This document shows, piece by piece, positions 52,975-64,000 of a stretch of DNA of 64,000 bases; positions within the stretch are counted from its first letter, which is position 1; each line of letters starts with the position of its first letter. Source of the stretch: Octopus vulgaris (Eukaryota). The position numbers and the translations under genes are program-made. Below the pieces are notes generated by a model. That model was not told where the DNA came from. It worked only from the letters and a program-made list of their open reading frames with translations, and searched no databases. The stretch lies in the NCBI GenBank assembly GCA_951406725.2, contig OX597820.1, positions 4,650,001 to 4,714,000 of the forward strand, read 5' to 3'.

Positions 52975-52975
52975 G
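51860..52975. repeat. About 1.1 kb compound (TA)n/(CA)n/(TACA)n field
   Basis: Directly visible; includes a higher-order unit tatgcatacatacacacacacacacatgtg repeated about 4 times. Confidence 0.95.
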
Positions 52976-53036
52976 TTACTATATTAAGGCGAGATTGTTT
53001 TGTTAATCGTGTGTAAATTTTGCGTGCCGTAAATAC

Positions 53037-53074
<38 letters not shown>

Positions 53075-53265
53075 GCTCTCGTTCGGTGATCCTATCGAAA
53101 AGAAAAAGTAAAGGTTGAATGCGATAATATCGATGAATAATAAATTTTATTTTGGTCGAGTCATTTTTTTTTCAATTCTGAGTTTCACCTGTGTGTGTGT
53201 GTATACATATATATATATATATATATACATGAATGGATTCATCTATACATACACACATTCATGTA

Positions 53266-53302
<37 letters not shown>

Positions 53303-53440
53303 GAGCAAGGAAGGGCTAGGAGAAATAACTCAGAAAGGTCAGACAACATAGACAAATACAGGTCTACCAAATGCCATACAATTTTCGGTTTCTTAGAATT
53401 ATCTCCTCTGCAGGGACGTCATAATTATCGTGCGTGTGCG

Positions 53441-53477
<37 letters not shown>

Positions 53478-53921
53478 TCTTATTTAACCCTAGGTTGTCT
53501 CTGATCCAGCTGATGTAAGATCGAATACGATCAAAGCCAGATTGCTGCCGTTTAGCGTTATGATCAATCCTAAGCTTGCAGGTCATTAATCAAAGACGTT
53601 CTGTCCATGACCATTTCGTTTTATTTTTCTATACCACGGATTACGTTGTCCTATGTATGGTCTCTTTTTATTTGAAAATTAGGGTGAGATATGAGGGACG
53701 TTTGGTTGCTATTTCTAGAGGACCAAGAGACCTGTGGCTACTCCGTTGTCTGTTCGCAGTGTGTGATGAGAGACAGGGTGGGGAAAAAGTAATTAGTTGC
53801 TCGTTAATTAGCAATACAAAGAAGACATGGGAGTCTGTGTTAATTACCCAGCACCATGAGAAAGGAAGGTGGGTTGGATATCATCTCATTAACTTACTAA
53901 TTGGAGGAATCACTTCAGAAA

Positions 53922-53965
<44 letters not shown>

Positions 53966-54224
53966 GATAGATAGATAGATAGATGTTTCTTTGTGTATCA
54001 CATGCAACATAGTGAATTGAAAAGATGACGATGAACAATGATTATCCACACAATTAGTGGATAAAAACTCCCACCCGTAAGTGTTTAAAATTTGAAAAAA
54101 TAAATAACAAGCCAAGATTAAATAAGAGTAAAATATTGTTAGTGGGAATTTCTGGAAGTTATTGGTGAATGGAGTATTGATTAGAGATTATTGATCTGGT
54201 GTTTATAAATGTCAAAAGGTTGAG

Positions 54225-54275
54225 ACGTATTGATAGGCATATTTCGGTGTTATTACACCTCATCAGTTAAATATA
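54225..54275 (-). ncRNA. Type I hammerhead motif, intact core
   Basis: Minus: tatttaa CTGATGA GGTGT AATA ACACC GAAA TA TGCC TA TC aata. Perfect 5-bp stem II, 3-bp stem III, AUC triplet; stem I only with a bulge. Confidence 0.65.
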
Positions 54276-54454
54276 TGTTCTACTGAGTTGGATGGTGGAA
54301 GATGTGTTGAGCGGAGGCTGATTGCGCAAAGGTCGGTGGCGACGCTTCAGGTAAAGTGTTTGGAGTGTGTGGTGTGTGTATGTATATATATATATACATA
54401 CATACACGCATGTACACACACACACACATATATACATATATAGACATACATATA

Positions 54455-54600
54455 TACACGATGGGTTTGAGTTTCCATCTACCTAATCCACTCACAAAGC
54501 TTTGGTCGGTCCGAAGCTGTAGTAGAAGACACTTACCCAAAAGTGTTACGCAGTGTGACGGAACCCGGAACCATGTGGTTTGGAAACAACTAGCCACACC
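54455..54600 (-). mobile_element. SINE-A 5' half
   Basis: aatccactcacaaagctttggtcgg...gaacccggaaccatgtggtt. Confidence 0.75.
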
Positions 54601-54759
54601 CATACACACACACACACACATGTATTGTGCATACACGTGACTATACATACATACATATACATGCATATATATATGTATATATATATATATATGTATATAC
54701 ACATATACACATATGTGTATATGTATATATATGCATATATATGTATATATATATGTGTG

Positions 54760-54810
<51 letters not shown>

Positions 54811-54935
54811 TTGTATATGTATATATATATATATATACACTTGTATATGTATATATATATATACACTTGTATATGTACATATATATATATGTATACATAC
54901 TTGTATATGTACATATATATGTATATATACATGTA

Positions 54936-54981
<46 letters not shown>

Positions 54982-55269
54982 CATAGCGATACACAGTTAA
55001 AAAGAGCTGGTTTGAGTAAGATATGTGTGTATAATGGATGTTTGCGTGTGGGTGTATATGATGCATGTGTGTTTGTGTTAAATGTATGTAATCCACCGCA
55101 GCTACTTAAACCGTGGTCCTAACCCCCCCCACCCCACCTCATCCCACCCCTGTGCCTACCCCCCCTCCCCTCACTGAGTTCTGTTGAAGTTGTCCCACTT
55201 TGCCCTGTTTAGGGAAATACTTTTCCTTTTGTTGTTCTCTTTATCCTCTCTGATGTCATTAAACCACTT

Positions 55270-55300
<31 letters not shown>

Positions 55301-55334
55301 ATCGTCCACATACACATCGACCCATACAAGCACG

Positions 55335-55368
<34 letters not shown>

Positions 55369-55936
55369 TCACTCTTACATGCACACTTATATACCGGTTC
55401 ACACATAGACACAGATATACACGCATTCCTGCACACACACACACACACACACGCACGCACACACACACACACACAAAGGTGATAATCTTCTTAAAGAGGG
55501 ATTTCTCTACAGTTTTGTGTGAAATAGGAAGGTTGAGCTGTTATTTTAATCCACTCTGAACCTGTTTCAATCCCCGCCCTCATCGCCCTACTCACATTAC
55601 TATTAAACCTCAATAATTAACAGTAAATCTACTAATGAGGGGCTCTTTTGGGTGATTATTCGACCGGCTAGAAATGGCAGCCACGTCTCACTCAAAGTTA
55701 CATTCTATTCTGTTGAATGGTTAGGCTGGACAATGTAGTTGTATTATAAAGGCATGACGGTCACGCTTGGGACGCCTTTGCTATGACACGGCTGATATGA
55801 GGTGAAACTGTAACAAAGTACCTGAAAACAAAAATGATTCTATCTTTTTCACCTGCTACAAAAGCCCTTTGGCACCTGTAGGTTGTGTGTGGTTTTCCTT
55901 TGGGGTCCGTCCTTGTCCTTCGTGACAAATATATAA

Positions 55937-56352
55937 ATTTCTTTATTACCCACAGGAGGCTAAACAAAGAGGGGACAAACAAGGACAGACAAAGGGATTA
56001 AGTCGATTATATCGACCTACAGTGCGTAACTGGTACTTATTTAATCGACCCCGAAAGGATGAAAGGCAAAGTCGACCCCGCCGGAATTTGGACTCAGAAC
56101 GTAGCGACAGACGAAATACCTATTTCTTTATTACCCACAAGGGGCTAAACACAGAGGGGACAAACAAGGACAGACATAAGTATTAAGTCTATTACATCGA
56201 CCCCAGTGCGTAACTGGTACTTAATTTATCGACCCCGAAAGGATGAAAGGCAAAGTTGACCTCGCCGGAATTTGGACTCAGAACGTAGCGACAGACAAAA
56301 TACCGCTAAGCATTTTGCCCGGCCTGCTAACGGTTCTGCCAGCTCGCCGCCT
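55937..56352 (-). mobile_element. Dimeric SINE-B inside a single 18-bp TSD
   Basis: TTCGTGACAAATATATAA at 55919-55936 and 56353-56370; a full unit followed by a head-truncated second unit. Confidence 0.9.
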
Positions 56353-56499
56353 TTCGTGACAAATATATAAGTATGTAATGGGCCCTTACCCCAGCTAGAT
56401 CTGCCCAGATTCACTTCTGTTATCAGTTAAACCTTAAATCTCCGCCTTAGGTTTCCATTTACTGGGGGCGGAAGCCGAATATTTTGCAACCGTGAACAA

Positions 56500-57960
56500 T
56501 GTACATCAACTAATTTCATCTCCGTAATCGCAAATATCCTTGATCTTTTTCTCCTTTCCAGACCAAAACTACCCATCACCACCACTGCCCAGTTTTGTTG
56601 TTAGTTGCAGGTCAGCTGAATGGCCACTTCTGTGCCATTCTTAGCAGTTTTCCATGTGCTTCCCTCTTGTCCCACCAGAAACAGTTTGGCGATTGACTGA
56701 AACCGTTCCCGTTCGCATGTTCTTTTACTCACTTTGGACAACAAAATCTTACACCCTCAATGGACTCTCTCTGCTGTTCCGCATTGCAAATTCAGCTGTT
56801 TTTATTCGGCATCGAAACTTCTGCGAAACCGTTCTCCAAACCGTGAAGAATGAACTTCCGTCCATTGTAAACTTGCTCTCCCGAACTTCTCAACTATAAT
56901 GTGTCTGTGAACGGGGCTCCCATGGAAAAGGCAGCTACATTCGAAGCCGGCTTTGCATTGAACATCCACATTGCACTCACGCACACACACACGAATACAC
57001 GTGCGCCAAACGGGAAGTGACCGCTGGTCACATCGACCTAACAAGGCTATGTCATTTCCATTTGCTGCAACGGACAGTACACTCCAAACCAGTCCCTTTT
57101 TCTCCTGTCACCCATCGATGGGTTCCCACCCTTGATAAATTTAGAGCTCGCAGTGTTCTGACCCACAATATCAGATAGGCTTTCGCACTAGGTTTTACTC
57201 CAACCCCTTGTCTTAACTTCCCGTCGATCTATTGTCAAAGCGTTCGATCGCGGCGTTTACTAGCGGAGCTCTTTCTGTGCCACCCTCTTGCAACCCTTGT
57301 GTGCAGCAGGGTTCGGTATGGTTCCCCCCCACCTCCTTACTCCCTTACATCAACGACCCACATAGCATTTCCTCCAGCACCCTTCCCACGAAAGTACCCT
57401 TTAATGCATTTATGACAATACTGTCTCCTTCAACTGCAAACAAGTTACAATCACAAGGAAACATTACCTGCCTCAATTAAACTCGACCGCAGCTGGTCAC
57501 CCACACAGTTGCTTCAGATGAAGATTTCTCATGGCGGGTGCACATCCTCAATGAAGCACTGGCTTTTCCTTCAGGACCAGAAAACACTCCGGGTGAGATC
57601 CGGATGGAGTCACTTGGAAGGTGTGCGTGTTACACTCTCACAGCCCGTATCCAGAAAAAAAATCACTCCCAGACACACTGCACTCTCTGTCGCACAGATG
57701 TACTGTATCCTCTCCTTCTGTCTTTTCGACCGCTACTATAACAGCCTCTGTTCCTCGAAGGTGGATTCTCTCGTGCCAGCTCCCTTCCGTTCTACTCCTC
57801 CCATGTTTTGCCCCCCCACACACACACACGTCACTTTTGTAATTACGTACAATCCTTCCCTCCCACAACGTTGCTCCTGCTGGAATTCCCACTCTCCTTC
57901 ACGTGCATTTCCCAGAGTAATTAACTTGCAACAGTTGGCGTAGTGTTAACAGTTGTCAGT
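56500..57960 (+). mobile_element. Degenerate Jockey/L2-group LINE ORF2 relic
   Basis: CVQQGSVWFPPTSLLPYINDP (cf. GVPQGSVLSP.LF..YINDL) at about 57298; LFDRYYNSLCSSKVDSLVP and WNS..S.AFP..INLQ near the 3' end; many frameshifts. Confidence 0.7.
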
Positions 57961-58626
57961 GCCACCAGAGGCGCACGCTGTGCCCAGTGCCGCTGCCGGC
58001 ACTACTGCCTCTTCCTTTGAACTAACCAAATATAGAACCACCACCACCATGATCTCACCTTTAGTGATTATGTAGGTGTGTATATATACACATGGACACA
58101 TACAAATGCATATATATACATATATATATATATATACATATATATATACACATACATACATACATACATATATACACACACAACTACATACATATGTATG
58201 TATGATTCTCATTGACGCATTATTAGTCACGAATATTTTCTCTCTTCACCGATACTATCATTGTTATATGTTACTTGTGTGTATTATATTTAAGTATATA
58301 CCCTTATCTCTGTGTGTGTGTATATGTCTATATACATCTATATATATTATGTTTATATGTACACACACACATGCATATACATGAAAATATATATAGTTAC
58401 ATGTTAATATACCCGTAAGTATATTATGCATATGTATATATATATATATACTAAGTAATTAAGGGTTTAGCAACGATTTGCCTCACCACACACCGAATTT
58501 AGAAATAGCAGTCAAAGAGTTATGGCTATTCTTTCTACTTAAAAGGGAGATCCCAGTAAAACCACAGCACTTAAAAGGCAATATGAATATTCCAAATTAA
58601 TTAATTTCACCCTATATTATTATTGA

Positions 58627-58671
<45 letters not shown>

Positions 58672-58708
58672 AAATCCTTAAGTATTAAAAATGTTTTAGC
58701 CCATAGGC

Positions 58709-58749
<41 letters not shown>

Positions 58750-59469
58750 AAATCCTTAAGTATTAAAAATGTTTTAGCCCGTAGGCTATATATATATATA
58801 TATATATGATTGATTCTAGTTTCAGCTTATGAGCTGTAAGTATATATATATGTATATATATATATGCATATGTATATATGTATATATATATGTATATATA
58901 TATATGCATATGTATATATGTATATATATATGTATATATATATATGCATATGTATATATATATATGCATATGTATATATATATATATGCATATGTATATA
59001 TGTATATATATATGTATACATATATATGCATATGTATGTATGTATACATATATATGTATATATAGGTATGTATATATAAAATGTATGTCCACACGCATTA
59101 TATACATCGAGTGCAGTTCTTCACTCAATGTAATCCATTTCAAAGTAGAGGAAATTCCTGCATATCATCTGTCTTAACGTGTTGGTCACTTCTTTCCAAA
59201 AGTGTAACGATGGAATGATTCGAGTAGGACCTTGCGTCACTCATTAACCGTTTCCATGGAGAATATTGTTCACCTCCCAGTGAGGATGGACCCGCAACAG
59301 GTAGCCCAAAAGGGAGTTTAGTCCAGCAACGAAGAGGCGGTTGCTTGGTATGCTCCCTCTTTCGTTAGCATCCAGAATATTTCGGCTTTTAGAACTTGCA
59401 AAGTCGCCACCCTCGGACACATGTTGATATCCGTCATGTGTGCGCCTATATTTGCATATATTATATAAA

Positions 59470-59650
59470 TAATCCTTTCCGCTAAAGGCACAAGGCCTGA
59501 AGTTTTAGAAGAGGGAATTAAGTCGACCCCAGTGCGTACCTGGTACTTATTCCATCGACCTCAAAAGGATGAAAGCAAAGTCGACCTTGACGGAATTTGG
59601 ATTCAGCCGCTAAGCATTTGCACGGCGCTGGAACCATACTAACCCCGCCT
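59470..59650 (-). mobile_element. SINE-B variant, deleted
   Basis: ctggtacttattccatcgacctcaaaaggatgaaagcaaagtcgacc. Confidence 0.7.
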
Positions 59651-59688
59651 AATACGTGTGTGTGTAAGTATGTACGTATATATATATG

Positions 59689-59719
<31 letters not shown>

Positions 59720-59795
59720 GTAATAAAACGTATGTGTATACACACACACTTATATATAAAATGAATAATACGTATATATATAAAATAGATAATGC

Positions 59796-59832
<37 letters not shown>

Positions 59833-59905
59833 CATGTACATAAGTTATAAAATATGTATATATATTATATATAATATGTATGTTATATATATATATTATA
59901 CAGTA

Positions 59906-59943
<38 letters not shown>

Positions 59944-60148
59944 GTATATATATGTATGTATATTATATATATATATATGTATGTATGTATATTATATATT
60001 TATATATATGTATTTTATATATTATACGTATATATATATTTATGATATATGTATTGTCCATTACATGCCAGTAAGGAACATAGTATTTAAATGATGATAT
60101 AATATGCGCGCGCGCGTATGAACTGATATAATATATGTGTATATATAC

Positions 60149-60201
<53 letters not shown>

Positions 60202-60244
60202 TGTAGACGCACATGTTTGTGCATATACATATAGCGATGGATAC

Positions 60245-60297
<53 letters not shown>

Positions 60298-60349
60298 CAT
60301 AGGCAGATATATATATAGATATAGATAGATTGATAGATAGATAGAAAGA

Positions 60350-60565
60350 GAAAGTCCAGTGGCTTAAATGCTTTAGTTTGTCCGGTCGGTGCAATGGCCG
60401 CTTCTCCGGCCAGGTCAGTTTGAGTGAGTCTTGTCCGAGAAAGAGGCTGCACACCGGGGAAGCGCCAAATTAATTCAGCCACTGGACCGACTTGAATTCT
60501 CTGCTGATTCTTCTTACCGAAGTGTGACCAGACAATCTCAGCTATAAATGCTATCGTCTGCAATG
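60350..60565 (-). mobile_element. Possible Tc1/mariner transposase relic
   Basis: Minus frame ends ...FKPLDF, loosely like WPP.SPDLNPLDF; heavily decayed. Confidence 0.25.
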
Positions 60566-60984
60566 TGCAGATGTGGCTTAAGATTTCGTGTGTGTGTGTG
60601 TATGTGTGTGTGTGTGTGTGTGTGTGCGCGTGTGCGTGCTTTCGCGCGCGCGCGTATATTTGTGTGTGTGTGTGTGTAAATTTCCATATATGGAAAAATG
60701 TGACATGTGTCACATACATACATCTGATGTTTGTATCTGCATTGATATATTTTTATGTGTTGGGAAATCTATGATTCATATATATGCAGCACGGATTTTT
60801 GTCAGTGGAAAGGTCGCGGATTTTAGCGACGAAAATATTTTGACAAATTAAACTTAAATGTTGAAGTGAATCGAACGGCTTTTGTGTGTTTCTTAAATGG
60901 CTTACAAACACCTTCCACGCTGCAATTGTTTATATATATATATATTTCTTAGTTTATTCAAACCCGTAATAAAGTCACACACAC

Positions 60985-61034
<50 letters not shown>

Positions 61035-61191
61035 GCACATGTATGTATTTTCATTTATATGGCTGAAACATGTGGTTAAAGTGTAATATATGCGTATTCT
61101 ACAAAAAGTAGTGTAATTCTTCAGTTTAATGAAAAATTGTTTTTATTATAACTTGATATCAAAAATAAACAATAATATAGTTTATATACAT

Positions 61192-61224
<33 letters not shown>

Positions 61225-61228
<4 letters not shown>

Positions 61229-61239
61229 ATATAAATATG

Positions 61240-61273
<34 letters not shown>

Positions 61274-61325
61274 ATAAAAATATGTAATATATATATATAT
61301 ATATATATATATCAATAAAAATATG

Positions 61326-61363
<38 letters not shown>

Positions 61364-61374
61364 ATAAAAATATG

Positions 61375-61408
<34 letters not shown>

Positions 61409-61495
61409 ATAAAAATATGTAATATATATATATATATATATATATATCAATAAAAATATGTAATATATATATATATATATATCAATAAAAATATG

Positions 61496-61539
<44 letters not shown>

Positions 61540-61550
61540 ATAAAAATATG

Positions 61551-61588
<38 letters not shown>

Positions 61589-61600
61589 ATAAAAATATAT

Positions 61601-61632
<32 letters not shown>

Positions 61633-61645
61633 CAATAAAAATATG

Positions 61646-61681
<36 letters not shown>

Positions 61682-61692
61682 ATAAAAATATG

Positions 61693-61729
<37 letters not shown>

Positions 61730-61755
61730 TAAATATGTAATATATATATATAATG
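61225..61755. repeat. Minisatellite CAATAAAAATATGTAA(TA)n with variable TA length
   Basis: About 10 perfect or near-perfect units separated by (TA)n runs of differing length. Confidence 0.9.
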
Positions 61756-61880
61756 TAGACATGAATATGTAAATGTGTATGTATTTACGCTTATGCAGAA
61801 TGACGACACCAAATATGTAAGAACAATAATCAAACACACTCACACACACACACAAACTCACAATCGCGCGCACACACACA

Positions 61881-61960
61881 CCGTATTTACTCGTGTATAA
61901 ACCGCACTATTTTACATCACGATTATAGCCGAAACAACTGGGCTGCGACTTATGGACAGG
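61881..61960 (+). mobile_element. pogo/Tigger-like terminal fragment
   Basis: CCGTATTTACTCGTGTATAAACCGCAC...GCTGCGACTTAT resembles pogo-type ends with their internal subterminal palindrome. Confidence 0.45.
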
Positions 61961-62389
61961 ACGATGCTGAAATCGTGTTTGAATAAATATTAAAAGAAAT
62001 TGTACCGAGAGTCAACACTAAATTAGGGGATCGACCTATACCCGAACAAAATGCAACACATATACACACACACACACATATATACATACATATATATATA
62101 TTTATGTAATACATATAATATATATAGATATATAATACATATAATATATATAATATATATATAATATATATATTACACATAATATATATATTATATAATA
62201 TATATATTATACATATATCTATAATATATATATTATACATATAATATATATAATATATATTATTTACATATTTTATATATTACATATATAATATATATTA
62301 TATAATATATATATATATGTATAATTTATATATATTATATATGTAATATATAAAATATGTAAATAATATATATTATATATTATATATAT

Positions 62390-62666
62390 ATAACATGTAT
62401 AATTTATATGTATTATATATGATATATATATATGATATATGTATATATGATATATATATATGATATATGTATATATGATATATATATGTATATATTATAT
62501 ATATATAACATGTATAATTTATATGTATTATATATGATATATATATATATGATATATGTATATATGATATATATATATGATATATGTATATATGATATAT
62601 ATATGTATATATTATATATATATAACATGTATAATTTATATGTATTATATATGATATATATATATA

Positions 62667-62690
<24 letters not shown>
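62390..62690. repeat. AT-rich higher-order tandem repeat, period about 116-117 bp
   Basis: aacatgtataatttatatgtattatatatgatata recurs at about 62392, 62508 and 62624. Confidence 0.8.
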
Positions 62691-62707
<17 letters not shown>

Positions 62708-63133
62708 TACATATATACATATATATATATCATGTATGTGTGTATATATATATATATAAATAAAAATTAATATAGGGAGCAGTGTGCAATGTTTTACCAA
62801 AAAGGAAATCTATAATCGTCGCAAAATATGCTTAGGGTGTTAGAAACACTTTGCGTATCTATTGAGCACTCACACACATATATAAACGCACACACACACG
62901 CGTGTGTGTGAGATTCTGTCGGTCTGTTTTGTCAGAGACTGGTATTATAAACGGGTATCGCTTCCTTGTATGTGTGTGTGTATATATATATATATATATC
63001 AGATTAATCAGCCGAAATTGCTACGATGATCCGGTTCTTGACTGAAGATTGAAGGCTTCGAATGTCCCGTCCGTGTTTTTTGTATCGTCTTCTAAATGTT
63101 TCACGCTCTTGTCCCAGTTTGTATTTTTTTACA

Positions 63134-63166
<33 letters not shown>

Positions 63167-63266
63167 AATCAATATAGGGTGGCAAAAAAAATTTTGTAGA
63201 ATTCTTTTGCCTCCAGCGGCCTAGTGGGAAAAAATTAAATAGTCATAAACCATTTTTACGTTCAAC

Positions 63267-63492
63267 ATCACAATCAAGGAACGGCCATAATAGGCCATTC
63301 ACCCACTAGAAATAACAGCCAAAAGCTTTAACCGCAAAATAACATTAATACCGTAAACCAGGAGAAAATTGAAAAACAGGGTAAAAGTTTTTCAATTTTC
63401 TCCTGGTTTACGGTATTAATGTTATTTTGCGGTTAAAGCTTTTGGCTGTTATTTCTAGTGGGTGAATGGCCTATTATGGCCGTTCCTTGATT

Positions 63493-63497
<5 letters not shown>
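63267..63497. repeat. Perfect inverted repeat: 111-bp arms, 9-nt spacer
   Basis: 63267-63377 is the exact reverse complement of 63387-63497; spacer AGGGTAAAA. Confidence 0.95.
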
Positions 63498-63548
<51 letters not shown>

Positions 63549-64000
63549 CATGCGGTGCTACAGCATGGCCGCGGTCAAATGATTGAAACAAGTAAAAGAA
63601 TATATATATATATATACATATGGGCATGCCATGTTTCGTGTTTCCCCCCCCCTACCGCCTGTTGAAGCCTCCGGGGATGGGGCTTTCGTGGTCATTTCTT
63701 CCGTAATAACCCCGGAACATTCTCCTGTATGAATCAGCTGCTATTTCATGTAATAACCACCTTGCTATCAGCACGATTATTATCACCTTCCTCCCTTTAC
63801 ACCTCCTCGCTCACCCGCCACCATCACCACCACCACCGCCACCGCCGCCACCCTCCACTGACTCACCCCGATTACAAAGATATCGTCCGCCCTCCCCCCC
63901 CCACCCTCTCCTATGACCAAACTCTTGTCTTAACTATTGCTATGACACTATCTATGACCTCTCTCTCTTTCTTTCTCCCCTCTGCCTGCCACCGCTACTC

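Noticed and set aside
54288-54350. Possible second exon (LDGGRCVERRLIAQRSVATLQ, then GTAAAG)
   Set aside because: Weak acceptor, a phase-0 reading incompatible with the phase-1 donor at 45085, and no recognisable domain.

Overview
Eukaryotic, repeat-saturated genomic DNA, almost certainly from an octopus (inferred from the SINE families and the extreme (TA)n/(CA)n microsatellite load). Nearly all ORFs in the supplied track are microsatellite artefacts. Only one credible host coding exon is visible (about 44892/44955-45084, + strand). It encodes a PVLDLS (CtBP-type) motif and a YKKNLLKRY motif and ends in a GTAAGT donor, so it is probably the first coding exon of a transcriptional regulator; I found no convincing next exon. 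The rest is dozens of tRNA-headed SINEs (at least 4-5 families, several with target-site duplications) and relics of RTE, Tx1, CR1, Jockey/L2-like and R4/Dong LINEs, plus Tc1/mariner and pogo ends. The most notable signal is about a dozen type I hammerhead-ribozyme motifs on both strands, several with intact cores and palindromic stem III, in Penelope/retrozyme-like relics. One is fused to a Pol III tRNA-like head. There is also a perfect 111-bp-arm inverted repeat, and a recurrent head-truncated tandem junction in a SINE whose 3' tail resembles the local Tx1 LINE tail. All alignments were made by eye; most repeat boundaries are approximate.
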